From NCBI GenBank assembly GCA_004297765.1, contig SCTZ01000129.1:5113-69112 (forward strand): a DNA stretch of 64,000 bases. The letters are read 5' to 3'. Within the stretch, counting starts at the first letter, position 1; each line of letters opens with the position of its first letter. Source of the DNA: Chloroflexota bacterium (lineage in GTDB: Bacteria; Chloroflexota; Dehalococcoidia; FW602-bin16). Shown here one piece after another: positions 44,420 through 54,326 of this stretch. The translations under genes were made by a program, and so were the position numbers. The notes beneath the pieces are model-generated. The model saw nothing but the letters and a program-made list of their open reading frames with translations, was not told the origin of the DNA and did not search any database.

Positions 44420-46278
44420 GCGCCATCGAGGAGATCAAGGAGCGCATCGACATCGTCGAGCTGGTTGGTCAGTATACCCAGCTCAAGAAGTCTGGGCGCA
44501 CCTTCAAGGGCCGTTGTCCGTTCCACAACGAACGCACAGCTTCTTTCGTCGTGTATCCGGACGACTGGAGCTATCATTGCTTCGGCTGCCACGTCCACGG
44601 CAACGGCTTCGACCTAATGATGTCCCTGGAGAAGCTCAGCTTCAGCGAGGCTCTGCAGCGTCTAGCTGAGCGGGCCGGGGTGGCCGTCACCCCGCGCCGT
44701 TCCAAAGAAGAGGATGCCTCACGACAACAGATCGACCGCCTACGTCAGATGCACGAGGCCACTGCGCAGTATTATCATCACCTGCTCCTGAACAGCAGCC
44801 AGGCTAGCGCGGCCCGGGCCTACGTGGAGAAGCGCGGCTTCCTGGAAGCCACGGTGAAACAGTTCCAGCTCGGCTACGCTCCAGCCTCCTGGGAGGCGCT
44901 GCTGGGCTATCTGCACGAGCGCGGCTACGGGGAGGAGGAGCTGCTCCGCGGCGGGTTGGTCGTGTCGCGTGAATCGGGCGGCTGCTACGATCGCTTTCGC
45001 GATCGTCTGATCTTCCCGATTCGCGATCGCGACGGACATATGCTGGGCTTCGGCGCACGCGCGCTGGATAACTCAGTTCCCAAGTACCTGAACTCGCCCC
45101 AAACGCCGCTTTTCGACAAGAGCGCGATCCTGTATGGCATTCAGCTGGCCCGCCCCTTTATGGAGAAGCAAAATCAGGTTATAATAGTAGAAGGTTATGT
45201 CGATGTTATTACCGCGCATCAGCATGGCGTACAAAACGTCGTCGCCGCGATGGGCACAGCTCTGACCGAGAGGCAGGTGGGAATCCTGAAGAGGTTAACC
45301 AAATCCGTCGTGCTCGCTCTCGATGCGGACGCGGCTGGAGAGGGAGCGACCCTGCGCGGCCTGGACGTGGCCCGCGGCGCCCTGGATCAAAAAGTTGTTC
45401 CCGTGCCAACCTGGCGCGGCATCATTCGTTATACGCGCGCCCTCGACGCGGACATCAAGATCGCGGCGCTTCCGCGTGGTCAGGACCCCGACGACGTCAT
45501 CCGCGCCGATCCCACCACCTTTACGCGCCTGATCGATCAGTCCTTGCCGATCATGGATTTCCTGCTGACTACAAAGACCGCCGATCTCGACCTCAGTCGC
45601 TCCCGGGACAAGGCCAAGGCGGCAGAGCGCTTGTTGCCTTACATCGGCGATCTGCCCGATCCCGTGGAGCAGGCTCACTATCGTCAGAGATTGGCCCGTC
45701 TGCTGCAGGTGGATGAGCGCGCGCTGGAACAGGCCGCACGCCAGTCCGCCGATGAAAGCGCGGCAGGGAAAGGGCGCCCCGCGACCCGCGAGCAGGCTCA
45801 GCCCGCCATGACATCCCCGGGAGATGCCCAGGAGGAATACTGCCTGGCGCTGCTGCTGCAACGGCCCACGCTAAAGCCATGGTTGCTCCAGATCCGGGCT
45901 GAAGAGTTCCGCCAGGTAGAGAACCGGCAGCTCTTTTTCGCCTTGAAGGAGGTCAGGCAGATCGAGAAGCTGAGAGAAGACCTGGATCCGGTGCTGCATA
46001 AGCACCTGGACCACCTGCTTGCCTTGCCTTTGCCAGCTGGAGCTCCCCCGGAGAAGGCTATGGCCAGCACGGTACAGCGACTGCGTCTGCGTAACTTGCG
46101 TCAGGACATGCTGCGCATCGCCCACCTGCAGCGGGAGTCGCTGGAGGGGGGAGACGCGGTTCAGACCGAGGAGCTTCAACAGCGCTCGGCCGAGTTGGCC
46201 TCGGCCATCCACGCCGCCGAGAGAGCATCTCCCGCGGCCGCGCCGATGGGAGACATCGAGACCGATCAAAGCGGCTAG
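44416..46278 (+). CDS. dnaG: DNA primase
   Basis: The zinc-binding domain is GRCPFHNERTASFVVYPD...YHCFGCHVHGN. RNA polymerase core and TOPRIM motifs are present (IIVEGYVDVI, LALDADAAGEGA). The ATG overlaps the dgt stop (ATGA). Confidence 0.95.
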   Translation: MSAIEEIKERIDIVELVGQYTQLKKSGRTFKGRCPFHNERTASFVVYPDDWSYHCFGCHVHGNGFDLMMSLEKLSFSEALQRLAERAGVAVTPRRSKEEDASRQQIDRLRQMHEATAQYYHHLLLNSSQASAARAYVEKRGFLEATVKQFQLGYAPASWEALLGYLHERGYGEEELLRGGLVVSRESGGCYDRFRDRLIFPIRDRDGHMLGFGARALDNSVPKYLNSPQTPLFDKSAILYGIQLARPFMEKQNQVIIVEGYVDVITAHQHGVQNVVAAMGTALTERQVGILKRLTKSVVLALDADAAGEGATLRGLDVARGALDQKVVPVPTWRGIIRYTRALDADIKIAALPRGQDPDDVIRADPTTFTRLIDQSLPIMDFLLTTKTADLDLSRSRDKAKAAERLLPYIGDLPDPVEQAHYRQRLARLLQVDERALEQAARQSADESAAGKGRPATREQAQPAMTSPGDAQEEYCLALLLQRPTLKPWLLQIRAEEFRQVENRQLFFALKEVRQIEKLREDLDPVLHKHLDHLLALPLPAGAPPEKAMASTVQRLRLRNLRQDMLRIAHLQRESLEGGDAVQTEELQQRSAELASAIHAAERASPAAAPMGDIETDQSG

Positions 46279-46488
46279 GCGCCGAAACCGATCCCTCGAT
46301 CTGCAGCCTGGTGCAAGCTATCTCATAGCCCGAAGGCCAGACAGGGGGAAACACATCACAAAATCCTGCGTTCGGTCCCCAGGGGGGCCGCAAGCAAGTC
46401 TGGCCAACGGGCGACAATACGTGGTCGACGACGCTACCTGGTTCTGACCGTCGCCCGCACACCGATGGCCCATGGAGGGGGAGGAGAG

Positions 46489-47784
46489 ATGACCCACGGA
46501 CTGGAGGAAAAACCGGAGGTTGATCAGCTGTTCATTAAGGCGAGAGAGCAAGGCTATGTAACTCCCGACGATATCCTCCAGGCGATCCCGGCGCCCGAGG
46601 CAGACGTGGAGGCCGTCGACGAGCTGTACATCCAACTGGCCGACCTCAACATTCCAGTCATGGAAGAGACGGCAACTCCGGCCTGGGCGGCCGTCGTAAC
46701 GGCTTTGCCGCACGCCGATGAGGCCGAGCCCAAGCTGGATGAGCTCGAGGAGATAAAGATCGAGCCGATCCTGGAGATCGACGATCAGGACGCCATGGAC
46801 GATCCCGTCCGCGTCTACCTGCGCGAGATCGGGCGCGTCTCGCTCCTGACCGGTCCCGAGGAGGTGGTCCTGGGCAAGGCCATGGAGCGCGGACTCGTCG
46901 CACGCCAGCGCCTGGCCGCCGGGACCTACAACTTCGACGAGCGGGTCCAACTGGAGTCTGAGATGCGCATGGGTGTCATTGCACGCAGGCGCCTCACCGA
47001 GGCCAATTTGCGCCTGGTGGTCAGCGTGGCCAAGAAGTACATCGGTCGCGGCATGTCCCTCCTGGACCTGATTCAAGAAGGGAACATCGGGCTAATTCGC
47101 GCTGTCGAGAAATTCGACTACCACAAAGGATACAAGTTCAGCACCTACGCCACCTGGTGGATTCGCCAGGCCATCACGCGCGCCATCGCCGATCAGGCCC
47201 GCACCATCCGCATCCCCGTCCACATGGTCGAGGCCATCAACAAGCTGGTGCGTGTGACGCGCCGCCTGGTCCAGGAGCTAGGGCGCGAGCCCACCAGCGA
47301 GGAGATCGCGCTGGAGATGGGGCTACTCCCCGAGCAGACCGAGGCGGAGATTCGCGAATGCCTATCCATGCGCATGCCTCTTCACCCGCACCTGGCCACC
47401 GAGCTGGAGCGCTGCGCGGTCAAGGTGCGCGAGATCATGAAGGCCTCGCAGGAGCCCGTGTCCCTGGAAACGCCCATCGGCGAGGAAGAAGATAGCCATC
47501 TGGGCGACTTTATCGAAGACCATGCCGCCCAGGCCCCCGCGGACGCAGCATCGCACCAACTACTCAAGGAGCAGGTAGAGGGCGTGCTGGACTCGCTGAC
47601 CTACCGCGAGCGCCGCGTGCTCCAGCTCCGCTTCGGGCTGGACGACGGCCGCAGCCGCACGCTGGAGGAGGTCGGTCGCGAGTTCGGCGTCACCCGCGAG
47701 CGCGTCCGCCAGATCGAGGCCAAAGCCCTCCGCAAGCTCCGCCACCCCAGCAGAAGCAAGAAGCTCAAGGACTATTTGGACTAG
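46489..47784 (+). CDS. rpoD: Primary RNA polymerase sigma factor (sigma-70/SigA)
   Basis: Region 2 is [74 protein letters not shown]. Region 4 is [30 protein letters not shown]. The ATG at 46489 follows a GGAGGGGGAGGAGAG RBS; an alternative ATG is at 46465. Confidence 0.95.
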   Translation: MTHGLEEKPEVDQLFIKAREQGYVTPDDILQAIPAPEADVEAVDELYIQLADLNIPVMEETATPAWAAVVTALPHADEAEPKLDELEEIKIEPILEIDDQDAMDDPVRVYLREIGRVSLLTGPEEVVLGKAMERGLVARQRLAAGTYNFDERVQLESEMRMGVIARRRLTEANLRLVVSVAKKYIGRGMSLLDLIQEGNIGLIRAVEKFDYHKGYKFSTYATWWIRQAITRAIADQARTIRIPVHMVEAINKLVRVTRRLVQELGREPTSEEIALEMGLLPEQTEAEIRECLSMRMPLHPHLATELERCAVKVREIMKASQEPVSLETPIGEEEDSHLGDFIEDHAAQAPADAASHQLLKEQVEGVLDSLTYRERRVLQLRFGLDDGRSRTLEEVGREFGVTRERVRQIEAKALRKLRHPSRSKKLKDYLD

Positions 47785-47790
47785 GGCGCT

Positions 47791-47826
47791 AGGGGTTGGG
47801 GGTTGGTCCTCCAACCCCCAACCCCT
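47791..47826. terminator. Perfect 16-bp stem hairpin (AGGGGTTGGGGGTTGG-TCCT-CCAACCCCCAACCCCT) between the convergent rpoD and the HEAT-repeat gene
   Basis: Read directly. It starts 7 nt after the rpoD stop and is positioned to terminate both convergent transcripts. Confidence 0.75.
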
Positions 47827-47865
47827 ACCAGAGCGTACTGTTAGATGAAACGGCAGCCCGTCGTG

Positions 47866-48591
47866 CTATGTTTCCTTTGCCGTCTTCTTGTCTATCTTGG
47901 CGAGCGCGCGCTTCGCCTCGTTACGAATCCAGGTCGTGGGGTGATTGACGAAGCGCTCGATGTAGGATCGCGCCCGCGGGGGCGCCAGTTTCCGGAGCGC
48001 CATCAGGGCATGGCCCGCCACCTCCTCATCGTCTAGAAGCTCGATGAGCACGTCCACTGCCCGGGGGTTCTTCATGTTAGCCAGCGCAAGAGCCACCATC
48101 TCGCGCGCTTTTCCGTGCTGCCGGTCCCGCACCAACTCGACGATCTCATTGAATACACTGTCGTCGGCCACCACAGACAGGGCGTTGCCAACCGTCCATC
48201 GCATGTCTGAAGCGGGAAAGGTGGGCACTCGACGATATTCCTGAATGAGCACCGGGGCTGCGATGGGTTTCGCCCACTTCACCGAAAGAGCGCGCACAAT
48301 GTCGCTCTTGACGCGGAGGTTCTCCATGCGGGGAAGCCACCGTAGCAAGATGGGAATGACGGGCTCGTAGTAAAGCGGTGTTCCGTATAGCTCGCCAATC
48401 GTTTCCACTGGAAACCCGGTCTCCGCCAGTTCTGCTAGCACGGGAGCCGCCGCCAGGGCATATTCCCTCCTGGCCTCCTGCTGTCTTATCTCCCGTTCTG
48501 CCTGGCGGGCGATGTAGGCTGGGTCTTGCTCCAGTTCGGCGAGCAGCTCGCCAGCGGTTATGCGCCCCTTGCGCGCACGACGAGCCGTCAT
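47866..48591 (-). CDS. HEAT/armadillo-like repeat protein, candidate immunity protein for the upstream toxin tip
   Basis: 241 aa, all-helical. HEAT-like units are present (VRALSVKWAKPIAAPVL, REMVALALANMKNPRAVDVLIELLDDEEVAGHALMALRKL, TWIRNEAKRALAKI). Its ATG overlaps the toxin ORF stop (ATGA at 48588-48591). Confidence 0.6.
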   Translation of the reverse strand: MTARRARKGRITAGELLAELEQDPAYIARQAEREIRQQEARREYALAAAPVLAELAETGFPVETIGELYGTPLYYEPVIPILLRWLPRMENLRVKSDIVRALSVKWAKPIAAPVLIQEYRRVPTFPASDMRWTVGNALSVVADDSVFNEIVELVRDRQHGKAREMVALALANMKNPRAVDVLIELLDDEEVAGHALMALRKLAPPRARSYIERFVNHPTTWIRNEAKRALAKIDKKTAKET

Positions 48592-49136
48592 GGTAGGAGC
48601 CTATTCAAAGTGATGACGCCCTGTTCGATAGCGTCTTCAAGCGGTCCAGACAGGCTAGTATCCTGTCGCACGATAAGCTCGAAATCATACCCTTTCGTCT
48701 GCGCGTAGGTGGCAATATCCCGCAGCTGTTTGGTGTACGATAGGCTTCCCACGTTCTTTACCTCTCTGATCAAATTGCTTCCCTGCACTATCTCGTCGGG
48801 AATACGATAGCCGCCTCCTGGCGTGACGATGCGCCGCGTGTTCCTGGTTATCCCGGCGAGTTCCTCACCCGCGTGCCCCAATTGCCGGACCTTGGCCATC
48901 TTGGTGGCCATTTTGGCCCCGGTTGCGTATCCCCCGCCCGGCCCAGCCGCTCCCACGAGGAAGAGCCCGGTCACACCAACCTTCTCTTTGAGGCTGGCCT
49001 CTGGGTCCTGCCACGTCTGAACGGTGGTCACGGCATCCAGGACCGACGAGCCGATCTCGAAGGCCACCCAGGCGGCCATGACACAGACCGGACAATGTCC
49101 CGTTGGATCGGTCAGCGTCGCCGTATTCGACCTTCG
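48588..49136 (-). CDS. Polymorphic-toxin C-terminal tip with a PD-(D/E)xK (restriction-endonuclease-fold) motif, preceded by an RHS junction motif
   Basis: The frame is open from 49136 and reads RRSNTATLTDPTGHCPVCVMAAWVAFEIGSS...GGYRIPDEIVQGSNLIREVKNVGSLSYTKQLRDIATYAQTKGYDFELIV. TLTDPTGH resembles the DPxGH end of RHS cores. RIPD...IREVK is a PD...ExK nuclease signature. The first ATG is at 49079. Confidence 0.65.
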   Translation of the reverse strand, partial: RRSNTATLTDPTGHCPVCVMAAWVAFEIGSSVLDAVTTVQTWQDPEASLKEKVGVTGLFLVGAAGPGGGYATGAKMATKMAKVRQLGHAGEELAGITRNTRRIVTPGGGYRIPDEIVQGSNLIREVKNVGSLSYTKQLRDIATYAQTKGYDFELIVRQDTSLSGPLEDAIEQGVITLNRLLP

Positions 49137-50325
49137 TCACGGCCGTCCGCTGTCCGAGATCAGGGTCGGTATACCGAGCGGTCGTGGACTCCAGCTTGGT
49201 CTGAGTGGCCGCGTCGTAGGTCATGTCGGTCGCGTGGAGCAGGTTGACGCTGCCGCTCAAGTTCGTGCCGCAGTCAACGCTGACACCACTACTGACGCCG
49301 CGCGGCGGGACCACCTGGATCAGGTTGTTCTTACCGTCGTACTGATACAAGGTTACCGGACGGAAGGCGCCAACGGATGGCACTGGCTCGATCTTCCTAG
49401 TCAGGTTGCCCTTGCTGCCGGCGATGGCCACACCGGCGTAGTCGACGTCGTAGCAGAAGTTGGTGATCTGGCCACTCCCATCGGTGATCGAGGTGAGCCT
49501 GGCACTGGCATCGTAGCCAAACTGTTGAGTGACGTCCTCTGCCGAGCTCGCAGTTGGCCGGGCAATACGCCGAATCATCCGGCCATTGCTGTCATAGGTG
49601 TCCTCGACCTTGGGATTCCATGATGGATCAGCCGAGGCGGGCGGGTACGTGACAATGGTCGTGGTCGTGCCGTCACCGTTGGTCGTGTACGTGAAGCTGG
49701 TTTGATTTCCCATCGCCAGTCCCTGAGCATCTTTCTGCGCGGAGACCCGGCCCTGCGCATCGTAGATATTGGTCACTGCCACGTTGCCACGGGCATCGGT
49801 GATAGTCGTCAGACGACTGCTGGTGCCATCGTACGCGTAGGTGGTCACCTTGCCCTCGCGGTCAGTCACGGTCGAGAGCCGGCCGCTGGCATCGTACCCG
49901 TACTGCACCGTCCTGGTCGGCGTCATCCAGTCGCTCACGCTGATGAGGCGTCCACTCCCCGAGTCGTAGCCGAAACTGAGCGCACCGCGCCCCGCCGGAT
50001 CGCTCACAGAGACCAGTTGGCCGCCGGCGTTGTACGTCAGCGTCGACTGGTTGCCGTAGCGGTCCTTGATCGCCGTGAGCCTGCCGCCGCTGTCGAAGCT
50101 CCAAGTAGTCTGGTCCTTATGGGTGACCGTGTAGGTAGCATCAACGTTCTTGACCAGGGTGGTGTTTACCCCGAGGGCCGGCGTGAAGCTGCCGTCCGGA
50201 TTACGCGTGTAGCGATCGCTGCGCCCCTGTGGACCGACGAGGATTACGTCGCCCGTTCCGCCGCCGGCGCTGTTCACCTGCGCGTTGTAGCTGTCCGTCC
50301 AGCCGGGACCGAGCCGCCCGCTCCA
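49114..50325 (-). pseudogene. RHS/YD-repeat segment (about 400 aa), in frame with the upstream RCC1 ORF but separated from it by a TGA, and out of frame with the toxin tip
   Basis: The segment opens WSGRLGPGWTDSYNAQV.. and continues with about 15 YD-type repeats (GRLTAIKDRYGNQSTLTYNAGGQLVSVSDPAGR, YGYDASGRLSTVTDREGKVTTYAYD, TNIYDAQGRVSAQKD...). After ...TKVEYGDA the frame becomes Arg/Gly-rich nonsense. Confidence 0.8.
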
Positions 50326-51882
50326 TCAGTCGTTGCTGTTGTACGCGCGGGCAAAGGCCGGACTTGGCCCTCGTCCGGGGATGGCCAGATCCCCGTGGTC
50401 ATAGGTGTAGCTACCATTAGAGGTATTGACGGGATCCTGGCTCAATCCGGTCCAGGATTGGCGATTATCCGCGATGGTCTGCCAATTGGTGCGCACTGCA
50501 GGAGTCGATGCAGCTATCGCCAGGCTGTGGCCACCACGGCCTGCCGCCACAGCTGTTACTCCATTAAGGCCAAGTGCCCGCACCGGCACGGTCCGATTAT
50601 CTTGGGAGCCATCGCCCAACTGATCGCTGCCGTTGGCGCCCCAGGTCCAGACAGTTCCGTCGCTCTTCAAGGCCAAGCTGTGCGTCCAACCGCCCGCGAT
50701 CGCCACCACCCCGGTTAGATGGTCGACACCTTCGGGTCCCAATACCTGGACGGGTAGGAGCTGATTCGGTGCCGTGGTGCCGTTACCGACCGCTCCGAGC
50801 CAATTCTGTCCCCAGGCCCAGACGGTGCCATCGCTCTTCAGGGCCAAGCTGGTCCCATCCCCGGCCGCAATCGCTACCACGTCGCTCAGATAGCCGGTAT
50901 CCTCAGGATTCCTCACTTTGACCGGCGTGTGACGCTCCGTCCGCGTGCCATCGCCCAACTCGCCCCCATTGTTGTACCCCCAGGCCCAGACGCTGCCATC
51001 GCTCTTCAAGGCTAAGCTGTGCCCGTCCCCACCCGCGATCGCTGTCACGCCCTGTAGATAACTGCTGGGATCATTAGGATCGCTTACCTGAATCGGAGTG
51101 TAACTACCCGAAGTCGAATTGTTGCCGAGCTGCCCCCAATTGTTTCGCCCCCAAGTCCAGACGGTACCATTCCCTTTGACTGCGATGCTGTGGTATGACC
51201 CTGCCGCGATGGCGGTAACATCGGTTAGGCTGCTGGTCACTGTGATAGGCGTGGTACTATTGCTTGTTGAACCATCACCCAACTGACCATAGGCGTTTGA
51301 GCCCCAAGCATGGACCATACCGTCCGGCGTGAGAGCCAGGCTATGATCGCCATGCGCCGCTACTGCAGCCACCTCGCTCAGGAGAGTTACGGTCACCGGT
51401 GTAAGGCTGCCATTGTAACTGCCGATACCCAGTTGTCCGTAGGTGTTGTTGCCCCAGCTCCAGGGGTGCATCGTCGAAGGCACCGACTCGAATGTAGCCA
51501 CGGCTTGGGCTGGCTGGGTACCGGGCACTACCAGCCCCGTGGCAGGGCTGCCCGAGCGGTCCGTCAAGCCCTGTTGACTCCTTGGACGGGAAACTGGCGC
51601 CTGTGTCGTGGACATAGCGGTCAGGGACAGAGCCGCCGAGCTAGATGCAGGCGTGGGGTCTAACCCCCCAGCCACGGCTGCCGATGCCGCTCCGAGCCCC
51701 GCAGGCATCTGCGCCCATAGGATCGCCATCACGATTAAGATGGTCAAGCTGTTCAAACCCAATCTCCGCCGCACCGTTCCAGCCTCCTGCTCCATAACTC
51801 GCAGCCATCCTGGACTTCCCCATTGTGCATAGCTGCTTACCAACAATGGAGTGATACCAAGCAAGTATGCACGGATGATCAA
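50326..51882 (-). pseudogene. Signal peptide plus RCC1-repeat beta-propeller, N-terminal part of the RHS toxin, ending at an in-frame TGA
   Basis: A likely start at 51795 gives MEQEAGTVRRRLGLNSLTILIVMAILWAQMPAGLGAASA. Six to seven RCC1 blades follow (WSWGNNTYGQLGIG, HAWGSNAYGQLGDG, WTWGRNNWGQLGNN, WAWGYNNGGELGDG, WTWGANGSDQLGDG). The C-terminus DPVNTSNGSYTYDHGDLAIPGRGPSPAFARAYNSND* is the conserved RHS-associated N-terminal region and continues in the same frame after the stop. Confidence 0.8.
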
Positions 51883-52048
51883 CAGGCTGGATAGGACATC
51901 CTCTTCTCAAAAACGCCCTCATGCGCTAGTACGTATGGTCTATTTACGGATGTACCGCGGTCGCCTACTCTGACAGACGTCGGTTTCGTCTGGTCCAGAT
52001 CACACAAGAGCCCACCGTCGCTGTCTTTGGTGGCCTACAGGAGGAGAA

Positions 52049-54217
52049 ATGCACAAACTCAGGTACATCTTGCCCGCACTAATCGTCTCACTGCTGTTGT
52101 TCAACCTGCCCGCCGGAATGGTCTCCGCGCTGGCGGCCGACAACTCAGCCCGCGTCGGCGCCAATGTGTCGGTGCCCGTCGCCCCTCCCGACTTCGGTTA
52201 TGGTGTGAACTTCGGCAATCCGAGGGGATGGTATAACCCCGGCCTCGCCACCGTCGCGGCCGCCGCGGGTGCCAACTCCGCTCGGATCAAGCTCCCGGAG
52301 TACCACTTCGCCCGCTGGGGCTACGACATCGAGTTCGCTAACGGCGACATGGCGGCTTACAGGTCTAACGGGTTAACCAATCTGACGGGTATGTTGATCG
52401 GTCCCACAGCCGCCCACTCCAATTCCCCTACAGGTGGCAGACTTGACCAGTACTCGCCCAAGAACCTGTACCAGCCGATCTGGTCGAGCCCCGGTGTGGT
52501 CAACCCCAACAACTATTGGGCGAACCACGTCTACCAGACCGTAAGCAGGTACAAGGGGTACGTCAAGATCTGGGAAGTCTGGAACGAGCCGGATAACACC
52601 CCGAACTGGCAACTCACCCAGAGCTCCTGGTGGACATCACCCCCGCGCCCACAGGATCTGCCCTGGTGGAATGATACGATCTTCGCCTACATTCGCATGC
52701 TGCGCGTCACCTATGAGGTCGCCAAGGCGGTCGATCCGAGTAGCTTCGTGGCAGTCGGCGGTCTGGCTTACGAAAGCTTCCTGGACGCGATCCTGCGCTA
52801 CACCGACAATCCGGCCGACGGGTCGGTCACCGCGGCCTATCCGGCCCGCGGCGGCGCCTGGTTCGACGCGGTCAGCTACCATCACTACCCGCAGTACGCG
52901 ACCTATGACCAGGCGAACCAGACCTGGCTGCGCGGCACTGATTCCGACGCCATGGCCACCAGCTTCGTCGCCCATAAGAACACCATGCAACTGCAACTGG
53001 ACCGCTGGGGATATAACGGAACGACCTATCCAAAGAAGCTGTGGCTAGTGACCGAGACCGGCGTTAGCTCTAAACCGATCAGTGGGCTGGCGGGTGGACC
53101 GGAATTGGCACGCAATTACCTGCTCAAAGTGCCGATCCTGGCCCAGGCCAACGGCGTATCCCAGATCGACTGGTACATGCTTACCGACACCGAAGCGGAT
53201 AGCTACGCTAGCAGCCCGTTCGCCCACATGGGGCTCTACTACAACCTGGCCGGCCAGACGGTCGCTACCGCGCGAATGAAGCCGTCAGGAGTGGCCTTCG
53301 ATACCTTCGGCACGGTCACGCGCGGCGCTCGTTTCGATGCGGCGGCGACAGCGGCGTTGGCTCTCCCCGCCAGCGCGCGCGGCTATGTCTTCCGCCTGCC
53401 AGACGGCCGCAAGATCTACGCCCTGTGGGCCAAGACCAGCGGCAACAGCGAGGCCGCGAGCGCGACGGTGCAATTGCCTACAGGAGTTCCGCTGCAGAAG
53501 CGGCTGTGGGATTCCTCTGCCACCGGGGCAACCAGCCTGCTCACACCCACGGGAGGCAATGTATCCATCACCCTGACGGCCGCCCCGCTCTTCCTGACCG
53601 AGACAACCAGCAGTGGGGGCTCCATCATACTTCCCCCCAGCCCGACTGCCACGCCACCTGTCGCCACGACGACGCCTACCGTGCCGCCGGCGACGGCGAC
53701 GCCCACCGTGCCACCCGCGACGGCGACGCCCACACCCACGATCACACCGGTGCCCACGATCTCGCCGGCTGGGCAGCTACTGACAAACGGAGGCTTCGAG
53801 AGCGCGCTGGCGAGCTGGTTCGTGCCAGCGTGGTTCTCTGCCACCGCCAGCATTACGAGCGCCGTGCCCCATGGCGGCGCGAAGGCGCTGCAGTTCAAGG
53901 GCAACGTTATGGGGCCCTACACCTTTCAAGAGGTGGTCGCGCGGCCCGGTCAAAAGATCGACTTCTCCGGTTGGATGAACGTCACGGAACGATACAACGA
54001 CAGCACGGTGGCGGTGGAATTGGTGGCCCGAAACTCTTACAACGGCGTTCTGGCGACCTTCCCGATCACTACCAACTCCAGCATGACCGCTGGATGGGTC
54101 CCGATCAGTGGCTCGGCAGTGATGCCGGCTAGAACAGCCAAGGTCCGGCTTCAGATCCGCTTTTCGAGGCTGCACGGAACCTTCTTGTTCGACGACCTAT
54201 CTCTTCGGGGGAACTAG
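52049..54217 (+). CDS. Secreted clan GH-A (TIM-barrel, cellulase-like) glycoside hydrolase with PT linker and C-terminal carbohydrate-binding-module-like domain
   Basis: 722 aa with a signal peptide. The acid/base motif is KIWEVWNEPDN and the nucleophile motif is LWLVTETGVS. The PT linker contains a tandem TPTVPPATA. The C-terminal LLTNGGFESALASW...GGAKALQFKGN... is CBM4_9/CBM22-like. The GH family was not assigned. Confidence 0.75.
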   Translation: MHKLRYILPALIVSLLLFNLPAGMVSALAADNSARVGANVSVPVAPPDFGYGVNFGNPRGWYNPGLATVAAAAGANSARIKLPEYHFARWGYDIEFANGDMAAYRSNGLTNLTGMLIGPTAAHSNSPTGGRLDQYSPKNLYQPIWSSPGVVNPNNYWANHVYQTVSRYKGYVKIWEVWNEPDNTPNWQLTQSSWWTSPPRPQDLPWWNDTIFAYIRMLRVTYEVAKAVDPSSFVAVGGLAYESFLDAILRYTDNPADGSVTAAYPARGGAWFDAVSYHHYPQYATYDQANQTWLRGTDSDAMATSFVAHKNTMQLQLDRWGYNGTTYPKKLWLVTETGVSSKPISGLAGGPELARNYLLKVPILAQANGVSQIDWYMLTDTEADSYASSPFAHMGLYYNLAGQTVATARMKPSGVAFDTFGTVTRGARFDAAATAALALPASARGYVFRLPDGRKIYALWAKTSGNSEAASATVQLPTGVPLQKRLWDSSATGATSLLTPTGGNVSITLTAAPLFLTETTSSGGSIILPPSPTATPPVATTTPTVPPATATPTVPPATATPTPTITPVPTISPAGQLLTNGGFESALASWFVPAWFSATASITSAVPHGGAKALQFKGNVMGPYTFQEVVARPGQKIDFSGWMNVTERYNDSTVAVELVARNSYNGVLATFPITTNSSMTAGWVPISGSAVMPARTAKVRLQIRFSRLHGTFLFDDLSLRGN

Positions 54218-54289
54218 CTGAGACGCGCCCGCAGTGGCGAAACAGCGCCATCCAGAGGCTCAAGCGTCTCGCCTGCGAATGAATGAGAG

Positions 54290-54326
54290 CCAGACCGACT
54301 CGGTCTTCGAGACCGAGTCGGTCTGG
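54290..54326. terminator. Perfect 16-bp inverted repeat CCAGACCGACTCGGTC-TTCGA-GACCGAGTCGGTCTGG between convergent genes
   Basis: Read directly. It lies 73 nt after the GH gene stop and 231 nt after the stop of the minus-strand membrane-protein gene. Confidence 0.65.

Noticed and set aside
43355-47784. The ppdK / dgt-dnaG-rpoD arrangement as something unusual.
   Set aside because: dnaG-rpoD linkage is the conserved macromolecular-synthesis operon, and an upstream dgt-like HD gene and ppdK look like ordinary housekeeping context. There are no anomalies in the sequences.
50326-50328. The in-frame TGA read as selenocysteine or programmed recoding.
   Set aside because: No SECIS-like hairpin is evident immediately downstream. 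Nothing in this protein family suggests a redox-active Sec. The same locus carries a second lesion (the frame break), so simple decay is more parsimonious.
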